A stretch of DNA of 64,000 nt from Thecamonas trahens ATCC 50062 (lineage: Eukaryota; Protista; Apusomonadida): contig NW_013657621.1 in assembly GCF_000142905.1 (NCBI RefSeq), positions 1-64,000 on the forward strand. Reading direction: 5' to 3'. Positions 34,901 to 44,515 of the stretch are shown piece after piece. Position 1 is the stretch's first letter; each line of letters starts with the position of its first letter. The notes under the pieces are model-generated. The model ran no database searches. It saw only the letters and a list, made by a program, of their open reading frames with translations, and was not told the DNA's origin. A program made the translations under genes and the position numbers.

Positions 34901-36295
34901 TGCCCTCGTCTTTGCCCTCATCTTCGCCCTCTGCTGCGCCTTCTCCTCCTCGTCGTACCCCGGCAAGCCGCGCGGCGCCATCGCCCCGGCGCACGTCGCC
35001 CCGGCTGGAAGTCGAGTGATGTCAAGCGTGCCCGCAAGCATGGCGAGAGCGATGATGATCATGGCCACAGCGATGAACCCGTCCCGCTCGCCCGTCGCCG
35101 GTCCAAGAGCGACGTCGTCCGCCCCATGCACGCCAAGCACAAGCATCGCCGTCGCTCCATCGCCCATGGCGGCACTCACCATCGCAACCATCTGGTCTCC
35201 AAGCAACGTGTCCAGCCCACCTCCTACGTCACACACGTCACTCATGGCGAGCCACGCATCCAATACGTCTCCAACGTCACGTTGAAGACCACCACCGCAG
35301 CTAGCCAGTCCTCCATCCGCACCTCCAAGAACGCGCACCTCCACTCGTTCTCCGTCGCGTCGCTGCCGCCCATGGACTCGTCGTCGTCATCCATCGCCTC
35401 GTCATCATCGTCCGCCCCGTCCTCACCGCGCGCCCACTCATGCCGCGACAAAGCCGCCGCTCACTCTGCCGACTCTGCCCACGCCGATCGTACTGACGTC
35501 CACGCCGCCGACTTTACGCCACGCCCACACCAGCCATCGCCCCACCCCCGCCGTCGCCACCGCCGCGTCGCTCCCATGCCATCGTCCATGCCTTCCTCCT
35601 TGTCTGGGCCTCGTTCTTCACTCCTGTCGCCCATCAGTCGCTGCGCGGCCTCGACTGTGTCGCCCTTGCCGCCGGATCGGACGTCCTCCGCATCCGGACC
35701 GAGACTTCCACCGAGTGCTTTGTCTCCTTGCATCTCGTCCTTCTCTGCATCGCCATCGCCCCCATCTTGCTCTTTTGGGTCATTGCCCTCCCGCTCTACG
35801 TCACCTGTGGCCAAGCCAGCTGGCTTGCTCTTCTCCGTCGGAGCCTCGCCCATCCCCTCTGCTATCACTCGGGCGTGCCGTTTGCACATGCCCTCGGCCT
35901 TGCCATCGCCATCACCTTTGGAGATCGCTGGGCGCCATCGATTGACGCGGTCTTTGTCGGCATTGTTGTCATTGCTGCCCTTGCCGCCTTTGCCCACGCG
36001 TGGGCCTCGTGCCGCCCATGGCGCGCCCTACTCGTCGCAGCTGGGCTCGCTGCCACCCTTATCCTCCTCCTCTGGGCCTCGATAGACCACAACACCCATC
36101 ATCTCACTATCGGCGTGGTAATTGCCTTCATCTTCCTTTCCTGTCTTGCCGCCGGCGTCATCGTCGTCCGCATCGGCGCCTTTACCCCCTACGACGACGA
36201 TGTGCCTGACAAGGACCTGCCGCCGCGCCATCAGGCGGATCCGGCACCGCCGGCCTACCCAGCGCCTGTCCGCACGCGCGCCTCCCTCTTCGACT

Positions 36296-36297
<2 letters not shown>
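31977..36297 (+). CDS. Integrin-alpha-type FG-GAP propeller + extensin-like Ser-Pro stalk + Cys-rich + multi-TM protein, ~1440 aa, two -1 frameshifts (~34941 and ~35513)
   Basis: Signal peptide MSTHAWVVRLMMMMLILVAAM. FG-GAP repeats FGTALGGPGDLNGDGVPDLLVGAP, FGSSIAAGD..LAVGAP and ADLNADGCVDLAVGAP; (SPPPPP)n stalk. TM domain continues through the frames of ORFs 35126..36085 and 35728..36297 and is colinear with the 29687 paralogue. Confidence 0.85.
33298..33837 (+). repeat. Coding (CCG/CCA)n low-complexity tract encoding Ser-Pro(3-6) repeats
   Basis: SPPPPP repeated over about 180 aa. Confidence 0.95.
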
Positions 36298-36326
<29 letters not shown>

Positions 36327-36363
36327 TCTCTCTCTCTCATCATCACCACACTTGGCGCGTCCT

Positions 36364-36880
36364 TTGACCCTTTACGGTACGGAATGGACGTATTTGTCCA
36401 TCGCGCAAGCCGCGCTCTTCGACGCTCCACAGACGTCGCAACGTCCAAACAGTCGGCGATGAAGAGATGGACGCCGCGCGCGGCGCAAAAGGTCCGCGGC
36501 CGCAATCGCTTACCATGAAGCCTCCGGCAGGCGAGGCAGTCGCATCGCAGAGCGGCTTGTTGGGGAAGGTGGTGATGACGAGCAGCCGCTGCATAGGGAC
36601 GCTTCCGCTTGCGCGACGGCGCGGAGCTGACGGCATTGGCGCCAGCAGTGAGGGCGTCGATGATGTCGTAGAGAAAAGCCAAGCGAGTCATGACGGGCGT
36701 GGGCTTGCGTCGGCGTAGAGCGCGTACGCGCTGATGAGCGCGGCGTCCAGAATCCAGTACAGGATGGCGTGCCACCTCTTGCGCGGCCACGCCGACCGGC
36801 AAGCTCGTCCGTCGCAAGACGTCCTCGCGCGCTCCCGTCCCGCCGCTGTGTGTTCAACTCTGCTATGCTCTCCTTCCCGG
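36364..36880 (-). mobile_element. Decayed piggyBac-family transposon 3' end (transposase C-terminus + putative terminal repeat)
   Basis: RKRWHAILYWILDAALISAYALY (~RRWxxxlfxxllDxaxvNAxily), then MTRLAFLYDIIDAL, then Cys-rich HHLPQQAALRCDCLAC...RTFCAARGVHLFIADC. Ends ...CCGTAAAGGG|TCAA on the minus strand (CCCTTT at 36368, TTAA-like flank). Frameshifted, with Cys residues lost. Confidence 0.75.
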
Positions 36881-37056
36881 TCCTCGGGGTCGTCAACTAC
36901 AGGCGCCATCAGCGGCACCCAGTCGGCGGGGCGATCAGCCGGCGGCGTGATCATGATCACGATGGTGATCGGGATCACGCCCCGCCGACGCACACGGCCA
37001 CCCACCCGACGCTAGAGAGAGGACAGAGCAAGCTACGTTGCCCAAAGTCGGCAGTG

Positions 37057-40000
37057 ATGGAGTGGAGCGTATGGAGGATATGTGGTGTGGTTTTGGTGCT
37101 TGTGGGACTGGTAAACCAGGCAGGAGCGGTGTGCCATTGGTGCAATGTCTCGCTGCCACAACAAGTCGCCGTCCGTGTCTCCCGCCTCTCGACGCGCCGC
37201 TCGTCTTTTTTCGAGTCGGGCGCCGTGGCCATGCTCCGCGGTCTTCCTCGGACCAAACTGCCTGCTGCTGAGCTTGCTGCCGGATCTTTTTCGGCTGAAG
37301 CTCTAGTCGCCTATGTCAAGGACATTCTCATCTTGATCCTTCTCTCGGCGGTGCTGACTCTGGCTGCATGCTGCACTCCGTGCTGGTTTTATTCTTGCAG
37401 ACGATGCGGGGCCAGCCGATGCTGTGGTGGTTCGGCTCCCAATCGCTCAGGCTGCAATCTCTTTCCCATGCGCGACAAGCCGTGTCGCGGCTACTCCAAG
37501 AAAGAGCGCAGACTGCCGGCGGCTGCCATGACTGCCGCCGTCATCATCATCTTCTCCGCCGTCTCCTCGGGCACCTATTACAACGAGGTTGTCCATCAGG
37601 GCGTCGGCGATGTCTTTGACGACGCCCTCCTCGGCGCCACCGCCGTCAGCCAACATGTCAACTTTATGGCTGACCTTGTCGAGGCGCTTGGCCTCGACGT
37701 CCAGGACGAGGTCGCCGCCGGCATTCCCGTCATCCTCGCCTCGGCCGCCAACACCTCGTTTGGTCTCGAGATCGAGGACTCGCTCTCGAACGAACTTGAC
37801 GCACTCACGGGCTCCATCACCGACTGGATCGACGCGTCGACCCGCTCAGAGTCGGACGAGTCGGCGGCCAGAACTCGGGCGTCGAGCGCCCACGCCGCCA
37901 ACAGTGACGCACACGCCGCCCTCCAGCAAGCGCTCACGCCGCTGCTTGCCGCGCCCTCAGTCTCGCTCACGTTCGAGACAATATCATCAGGAAGCGTGAC
38001 GCGCTCGTTCCCACGGCCGTACCCTGCACTCGCTGCCCAGCCGCTGCGGCCGGTGGCAAGTGCCGGCGACGCTGCGCTGGCGGCCGACCTCGGTGACCTG
38101 CCGGGCGTCATCGGCCAAGTTGACACTCTGGACGCCGTCATCGACGAGCGCGTTACGGCAGTCAACGAGCTGCTCGAGCGCCAGCTCACCGAGGCGTTCG
38201 ACAGAGCGCAGAGCAACATCGGGAGGGTGGCGTCGCGCATCCGGAACGTCACCGCGCCCGGCGGCGTCGTGCCTCAGACCGAGAAGCTCCTCGGACGGTT
38301 GCAGAATGTGGTGGTCAATGCCGACCGGCGGTACCGGTCGCCAATCTTCTTGGTGGTGGCATGGACGTCGCCGCTGGTGGTCATCCCGTCGATTGTGGGC
38401 CTCATCCTCGCCTTTTGGTGGTTCCGCCTCTCGTGCCCGCACACCACTGCCGCCGTCGGAGCCTTTGTCGTCCTCGCCCTCGTCATGGTCAACCTCACCG
38501 TGTACCTCCCGGTTGTCCTTGTCCTCGACGACTTTTGCACCGACGTCGACTTTATCGTCTTCTCAGCCCTCGACTCGGTCGAGCCCAACGCAACAACTGC
38601 GCTCCAGACCTGCATTGCCGACGAGAACCTCTTTGACGCATTTGACGTCTCTGCCATCATCAGCGAGCCGCTGGCCAGCCTACGCTCCTCACTCGCCGAC
38701 CACCTCAACGCCGTCCTCGACGTCAACTCGATTTTCCCGGACGAGTCCATCACCGGCGCCCGCCTCGCCACCGATGAGGACACCGAAGCCACTCTTGCCC
38801 GCCTCGACGCCCTGGACGCCGAGCTCGCTGCAGAAGCCGCGTACGCCGCCTCGGGCTCGGCCAACGTCACAACCTACAACGACACCCTCGCCGCCGTAGC
38901 CTCGGCTGGGGACGCGGATGCGCGTGCGGCCTGGGAAGCCGCTGTGGGTCTCGACATTGCCGCCGCGCTTGACGCAGCGAACATCGCTCTGGCAAGCGCC
39001 GGCTACGATGCGGTCGTCTTTACTCTCGCCAACGTGACCGCCTTTAACGCCTCGGCCTACTCGGGCATCGGGCCGGCAGGTTTCGAGCTCGAGGTTCAGC
39101 TTGGGCTCAACGCCACGCTGACCGCCGTTGCCGACGCGCTCGCCGACGCGGCATCGAACGCTATGGTGATCTTTAGCGAGAGCGTGCTTCCGGCGCTCAG
39201 CGATGCAGCCGCGGAAGCTGCGGCCGGGCAGGCAAGCTCGGGCAGTGCCCGCGACGAGGCGAACGCGGCGGCGGCGCGCGCGGAGGCATCAGACGTCGCA
39301 GGCGAGTCGATCGACGCCCAGCTGCGGGCAGCGCTGCAGTCCAACCTTGATGATGCAGCCGAGGCGGCGTTGGCCATGCTTGACCGTGGCGTGACTATTG
39401 TCATTGCCGCGCTCCGCAGCGCAGCAACGTGCCGGTACGTCGGCCGGACATACAACGCGTTCAAGACCGATGTGTGTGACTCTGTTCGCGGCGGCCTGTC
39501 TGTCCTCTGGGGCACGCTCGCTCTGCTCTCACTCACGTTTGTCACCGCCATCATTGCCGGCACCCTGCTCTCCAAGCGGGCAGGCTTCCTCTACCCGGAG
39601 GACAAGGTCGTCTCCAAGATGATGGCCAAGGTTCATGGTCTGTCATCGCCGGCCGACTTTGCCGCCGCCCACGATGCCTCGCTCCGTTGCGGCTGCCTCT
39701 CGCGGCACCTGGCTGCCGCTGCCGGCGCTGTCGGCCTTCATCGGTCGGCCTCGGCGCCGTGCTCGCCGGTAGCTGCTGCCGCTGCCGCCAACATGACCTT
39801 TGCCTCACTGGCGGTGACGACTGGCGTGGCGCCGGCACCTCACGACCCGCTGGCGCTCTCGCGTTCGATGGCTTCGGCCGCCGACATTGCCGCCTCGCGC
39901 ACAGCAGGCTACTCGTCGCTCGAGCACACCGAGTCTGGCGACGGCGACGGTGCCGCCGCTGCCACTGAGATGCACTCTGACTCGAGCTACGCCTCCGAGT

Positions 40001-42687
40001 ACGTCAGCTCGTCGGCGGCCGAGTCGGGCATCGAGCTCGACGCCATCCGCTTTGACAGCTTGCCGCCGCCAGCGCCGCCGACGTCGCTTCCGGCACAGGA
40101 CTCGCCGTCGTCGACGACGGGTCTGACAGCGTGGTCGGGAGGCAGCTCCGTGCTTGCCAAAGCCGCCGCAGAGACCGGAGCTGCCGAGGAGCAGGTCGAG
40201 GAGATGGAGGTGGTGGTGACAGACTCGGTGGGAGGATCTGCGCGGCTGGTGATGGCGCACGACCCACCGCCGCTGACGGCCGAGCTTCGGGCGGCCGCCG
40301 AGGCGCTGCTCCCGCAGACGGCCGATGTCGAGGCTGCCGAAGCTGCGGCGGCCGGTGCCGTCCACAGCATGCGGTACACCCCGGTGGTGGCGGTCGACGT
40401 GAGCGGCGGGCGCATGGGGTTGGGCTATGCACACTCGGCCGATGTGGCGGCAGTCGACGGAAGCCCAGCTCGCCCGCAGTACCTCGCCACGATCGACGCC
40501 ACAGGCGGGATCGATGTCAACGAGCTGACGGCGCTCTCGCTGCGGATCTACACCCTCGCCGAGGCGGTGAGCTCGGGCGAGCTGGCCAGCTCTGCACCGA
40601 TGTGGAATGAGCTCCCGCCAGTGGCGACCGCGGTGGCGCAGCTCTCGCCCCTCGCCCGAGCGCAGCTGTGCGAGGCGGTGCAGGAGCTCGACGCCGAGGC
40701 AGCGCGCAAGCTCCGCGCAGCGGCAGACGCACGCAGAGGAGTGCTTCGAGCAGGATGGAGCAAGCCTAACTTGCGGATGATGCTGCAGCTGGTTGCGGCG
40801 GCGTGCGAGACGCCGCTGGAGGCCGATGCGCGGGTGCTCGCCGACTGTTGCGCCGGGCGTGGCGTGGCCGAGGACTGGTCGCCTGAGCTGGCGAGGCAAG
40901 TGGCGTGCTTCATCCTGGCCACGCACGCAGACCTGCCCGGGCTCGCGGCAGCAACGACAGCGGCGTGTGGGTACGACGGCGAGCTCGACGGGCTTGTGGC
41001 CAGCTCGGAGTGGGGCGTTCGCGGAGCGACGAACTCGCTGGCGGCGGTGGCGGCGAGCGTCAGGGCAGCAAGCGTCAAGGCAGTGCTCGGCGATGAAGCC
41101 GAAGCCGCAGACGACGATGATGTGCTGCCACAAGCGGTTCGGAAGCTTGTGGGCGGCGGACGGCGGGCAGCGTCGCGGGTGCTGCATGAGGAGCAGGTGG
41201 AGGCCGACGCGCGCGCGCTGTACGAGGCCGGTGAGGGCAAGACGTTGACGACGGACGTGCCTGTCTTTGTGGGTGTTTTTGTTCGAGCTTCGCCAGCACA
41301 CCTCGCTGCCGTCTCCGCCGCCTACCGCAGCTTCTCGTTCTCGACGCTCATGGCGGCGCTCCGTGACGAGATCGACCCGCCGCTGCTGGACCTCCTCGCG
41401 GCGCTGCTGGATCCTGTAAGCGCGTGCGCGGCGCTGGTCCGCTACGCGCTGGACACCATCAGGAACGACGGCGGCGCGCTGTTCGCCTTCCTGGCCACCC
41501 GGGCGCCACGCCCACTCCGCACTGCACTCCGCCCGGTCTTTCTGGAGCGGTTCTACCTTCCGCTGCCGCGCGTGGTGTCTAGCGCGGTAGCCAACACGGC
41601 GCAGGCGGCGGTCGAGGCGCTGGTGGCGGCCGAGCCCGAGGTGGACGAGGCGGCTCAGGCGCTGCGCAAGCGCCTGGGCCAGCTCCATGTGAACGATGGC
41701 AAGGCCGTGGCGGCACTGGCGTCGCTGCCACGCTTTGTCCGGCTCGGGCTGGCTCTCGGCTACCGGCGATCGTACGGAGTGGCGCTGGCGACGGCGCTGA
41801 AGCAGCGGCTGGGGACACGGACGGCGGCGGTGACGGCGGCGGCGCTGCTGCCACGGCCGATAGCGGCAGCCAACGCGCTGCACCAATTGATCACCGAGGC
41901 CCGCGGCTCCAAGCACGCTGCCACTGCGTCGATCCTTGTGGTCTGCACCCTCCCACACAACGACGTGCTCGCTGCGGCGCGGGCGTACCGGCGGACATAC
42001 GGCAGCGAGCTGCTGAGCGAGCTCGCGCGGTTCTTGCCCAAGCCACTGGTGGCAGGCCTCCGCGCCGTGGCCGACGCTGCCCTGCTGGACGTCTTCTCGG
42101 CGGCAAGCGCGGGCCGCTCGGACGATCTCATGGCGTCGGCGGCGGTGCTCCCGTTGGAGGCCGCGGTGGCCGAGGTGGAAGCGCTGAGCGCGTCCGGCAG
42201 GAGCAGCGCCGTGCTTGGTGCTGACGGCATTCTCGTCCCGCCGCTCTACGCCATGGTTGTCCACGCAGCCGCCAGGCGTGAGGTCGTCACCGACGCCATC
42301 CGACCGGTCCTGCCGGCTGTCGCGTCCGTGGCGCCGCTAGTGGCGCAGCTGGTGGAGGCGCTGGTGGACCCGGTGGCGTATGTGGGCAGCGCCGTCGTCG
42401 CCGTCGTCACGCGCAACGTGGTCAAGCGATGGTGGTCGCCCCACATCGAAGCGCTGATACTTTCGGCGGCGGCAGCGCTTCCGCCAACAGAACTCTGGGC
42501 TCGGGTCCTTGGCGCCCACACCCATGAGCTCCGGCCGCGGCTCTCGGCTGCCCTCTTTGCCGCCCTCAAGCTCTCGCTCGACGGCGGCGCCGGCGGCGAT
42601 GGGCTGGACGGCCAGCCAGGAAGCGACTCGACGGCCGAATTGGCTGACTACAGTGACTCGATGGCGGCAACAACCCGGACGGCATAG
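37057..42687 (+). CDS. Prominin/Tweety-like 5-TM protein fused to C-terminal annexin-like repeats (~1876 aa)
   Basis: Signal peptide; TM1 followed by CRRCGASRCCGG; DDFCTD after TM4; TCRYVGRTYNAFKTDVCDSVRGGLSVLWG before TM5. Annexin repeat EADARALYEAGEGKTLTTD..RASPAHLAAVSAAY, plus further AYRRTYGSELLSEL-type repeats. Confidence 0.82.
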   Translation: MEWSVWRICGVVLVLVGLVNQAGAVCHWCNVSLPQQVAVRVSRLSTRRSSFFESGAVAMLRGLPRTKLPAAELAAGSFSAEALVAYVKDILILILLSAVLTLAACCTPCWFYSCRRCGASRCCGGSAPNRSGCNLFPMRDKPCRGYSKKERRLPAAAMTAAVIIIFSAVSSGTYYNEVVHQGVGDVFDDALLGATAVSQHVNFMADLVEALGLDVQDEVAAGIPVILASAANTSFGLEIEDSLSNELDALTGSITDWIDASTRSESDESAARTRASSAHAANSDAHAALQQALTPLLAAPSVSLTFETISSGSVTRSFPRPYPALAAQPLRPVASAGDAALAADLGDLPGVIGQVDTLDAVIDERVTAVNELLERQLTEAFDRAQSNIGRVASRIRNVTAPGGVVPQTEKLLGRLQNVVVNADRRYRSPIFLVVAWTSPLVVIPSIVGLILAFWWFRLSCPHTTAAVGAFVVLALVMVNLTVYLPVVLVLDDFCTDVDFIVFSALDSVEPNATTALQTCIADENLFDAFDVSAIISEPLASLRSSLADHLNAVLDVNSIFPDESITGARLATDEDTEATLARLDALDAELAAEAAYAASGSANVTTYNDTLAAVASAGDADARAAWEAAVGLDIAAALDAANIALASAGYDAVVFTLANVTAFNASAYSGIGPAGFELEVQLGLNATLTAVADALADAASNAMVIFSESVLPALSDAAAEAAAGQASSGSARDEANAAAARAEASDVAGESIDAQLRAALQSNLDDAAEAALAMLDRGVTIVIAALRSAATCRYVGRTYNAFKTDVCDSVRGGLSVLWGTLALLSLTFVTAIIAGTLLSKRAGFLYPEDKVVSKMMAKVHGLSSPADFAAAHDASLRCGCLSRHLAAAAGAVGLHRSASAPCSPVAAAAAANMTFASLAVTTGVAPAPHDPLALSRSMASAADIAASRTAGYSSLEHTESGDGDGAAAATEMHSDSSYASEYVSSSAAESGIELDAIRFDSLPPPAPPTSLPAQDSPSSTTGLTAWSGGSSVLAKAAAETGAAEEQVEEMEVVVTDSVGGSARLVMAHDPPPLTAELRAAAEALLPQTADVEAAEAAAAGAVHSMRYTPVVAVDVSGGRMGLGYAHSADVAAVDGSPARPQYLATIDATGGIDVNELTALSLRIYTLAEAVSSGELASSAPMWNELPPVATAVAQLSPLARAQLCEAVQELDAEAARKLRAAADARRGVLRAGWSKPNLRMMLQLVAAACETPLEADARVLADCCAGRGVAEDWSPELARQVACFILATHADLPGLAAATTAACGYDGELDGLVASSEWGVRGATNSLAAVAASVRAASVKAVLGDEAEAADDDDVLPQAVRKLVGGGRRAASRVLHEEQVEADARALYEAGEGKTLTTDVPVFVGVFVRASPAHLAAVSAAYRSFSFSTLMAALRDEIDPPLLDLLAALLDPVSACAALVRYALDTIRNDGGALFAFLATRAPRPLRTALRPVFLERFYLPLPRVVSSAVANTAQAAVEALVAAEPEVDEAAQALRKRLGQLHVNDGKAVAALASLPRFVRLGLALGYRRSYGVALATALKQRLGTRTAAVTAAALLPRPIAAANALHQLITEARGSKHAATASILVVCTLPHNDVLAAARAYRRTYGSELLSELARFLPKPLVAGLRAVADAALLDVFSAASAGRSDDLMASAAVLPLEAAVAEVEALSASGRSSAVLGADGILVPPLYAMVVHAAARREVVTDAIRPVLPAVASVAPLVAQLVEALVDPVAYVGSAVVAVVTRNVVKRWWSPHIEALILSAAAALPPTELWARVLGAHTHELRPRLSAALFAALKLSLDGGAGGDGLDGQPGSDSTAELADYSDSMAATTRTA

Positions 42688-44276
42688 TGGTCCGAGGGCG
42701 TGGCAAAGGAGATGGTGGCCGACGGCGGTGAGGCCGAGGCCGAGGCGGAGAACGGCGGTTCTGGTGGCGCGGCAAGGCCGAGAAGCGGCTCGGTGCCCAT
42801 TCGCTCGGCGGATCGGAGGGCGATGCGGCGGAGAAAGACGCGATCAGGCCGCCACGGCTTGCGAAACCTGCGGCTACCCGGGTGGGTGGGCCCAGCGGCG
42901 GCGGCGGCGTCGGTGTAGCCCTCGAGGGCGGCAGCGAGCGAGGCACCCTCGGGCGAGTCGCCGATGTTGCAGTCGCCGGCGAGGAGGAGCGACGGCCAGA
43001 GGCCGATGGCCTCGACGCCGCAGCGCCAGGCCTCGAGGGTGTGGCGCGCAATGGCGATCTGCATCTGGCGCATGGGCGCGGTGTCGTACATCGACTCAAG
43101 GTGGGCGGTGGCGGCGACGACGACCCGCGACGCGGTGCCGGCCACCCGCCAGGCGGCGGTCAGCAACCACCGGCCCATAACGGTTGGCAGCGGAGTGGCG
43201 AGCGCGAGGCCGCCGCGCCATCGCGACAGCATGAGCACGCCGTACTCGTTGAGGACGTCGGCGGCGGTGTCTGGTGAGACACTCGCCGCGTAGCTGGCCC
43301 GGATGGCCGGCGCCGCGAGGAGGAAGGCGGCAAAGGCCGGCGTGGCCTCCTGGATGGCGACGAGGTCGGCGTCGGCGGCGAGTATGAGGTCGATGATGGC
43401 CGGCCAGCGGAGATCGTCGGCGTAGACCGGATAAAAGACATTGTAGCTGAGGATGGTGAGCTCATGGTCCCAGGGCTCGATCGGGTCTTCGGCCTCGTCG
43501 ACGTAGACGGCGAAGTCAGGAGCCGGGAGCGCGGCGAGTTCGACTGATCGTCCGGCATCAAGGACGGCCAGCTGGCGGACAAATCCCGGATTGGGCGCGA
43601 TGGCTGGTCGGGCGGCCTTGACTTGGGCGTGGGCAGCGAGAAAGTCGAGGTCGCAGCTGCGCATGAGGTAGGCGATGACGCAGGCCGCCGAGCGGGAGAC
43701 GCCCGCTGCGCAATGGATGATGACTGCGCGACCGGCGGTCCGGGCGGTGTCGATGGCTGCGCAAACGGCGTCGATGGGAAGCGCAACACAGGGCGCGTCA
43801 ATGATGCCGATGTGGACAAAGTCTGGGCCCGGCGACGGAATGTCGGCGTACGCCGGCGGGGCCGAGGCGATCTCGGCTGCGACCGAGATGACGGTGACGG
43901 CGGCGGCCGGCGCGGCGCTAGCGGCCATGTCGATGTGGAACGGTGCGGCGGCGCCGACGGCCGATGCAAGAAAGAGCGGGCCAAGGCTTGTGTCGTGATC
44001 AGCGTCGACAATGAGGTTGATCTCTGTGTCGACGAGGCCCGGCATGAGGAGCGCGGCCATGTCCTGATCAAGGACGACGTCGTCGATCTGGCCGATCAGA
44101 GCTCTGTCACGGACATCGGCTGCGGCGGCGAGGAGCAGATCGGGCGAATCAGGAAGCCAAGCGTCCGCAGCAGCGTGGTAGGCATACATGGCGAGTGGGG
44201 AGGAGGATGCGATCATTTCCGATGTGGTGGCGGCGTTGCGGGCGGCAGCGGCTGGCGAGGAGGACCACTTTGACAT
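42648..44276 (-). CDS. Dual-specificity phosphatase fused to an endonuclease/exonuclease/phosphatase (TDP2-like) domain (~542 aa)
   Basis: DSP motifs IIHCAAGVSRSA, AYLM and RPAIAPNPGFVRQL. EEP motifs LSYNV, DLVAIQE, TAHLES, LAGDCN, DRVF and SDHY. Confidence 0.92.
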   Translation of the reverse strand: MSKWSSSPAAAARNAATTSEMIASSSPLAMYAYHAAADAWLPDSPDLLLAAAADVRDRALIGQIDDVVLDQDMAALLMPGLVDTEINLIVDADHDTSLGPLFLASAVGAAAPFHIDMAASAAPAAAVTVISVAAEIASAPPAYADIPSPGPDFVHIGIIDAPCVALPIDAVCAAIDTARTAGRAVIIHCAAGVSRSAACVIAYLMRSCDLDFLAAHAQVKAARPAIAPNPGFVRQLAVLDAGRSVELAALPAPDFAVYVDEAEDPIEPWDHELTILSYNVFYPVYADDLRWPAIIDLILAADADLVAIQEATPAFAAFLLAAPAIRASYAASVSPDTAADVLNEYGVLMLSRWRGGLALATPLPTVMGRWLLTAAWRVAGTASRVVVAATAHLESMYDTAPMRQMQIAIARHTLEAWRCGVEAIGLWPSLLLAGDCNIGDSPEGASLAAALEGYTDAAAAAGPTHPGSRRFRKPWRPDRVFLRRIALRSAERMGTEPLLGLAAPPEPPFSASASASPPSATISFATPSDHYAVRVVAAIESL

Positions 44277-44515
44277 GGCCGAAAAAGGGCGTAAAGTGGG
44301 CAACCTGTTTGGGTGTGCAGGGCACGTGGGGATGAAGATAGATGGGAGGGAAGTGGATGTGGTGCTCGGCGTGGGTGTGGAGAGAATTGAGAGTGGGGTG
44401 CGGTGTGTGTGGAGTGGGCAATGCCGGTGGTAGCGGGGGTGGAAGGGGAGGGGGACGACAAAGCGACGGAAAAAAATGGAATGGAAGCGCTGGCGAAAGG
44501 GGGGAAGGCGACGTT

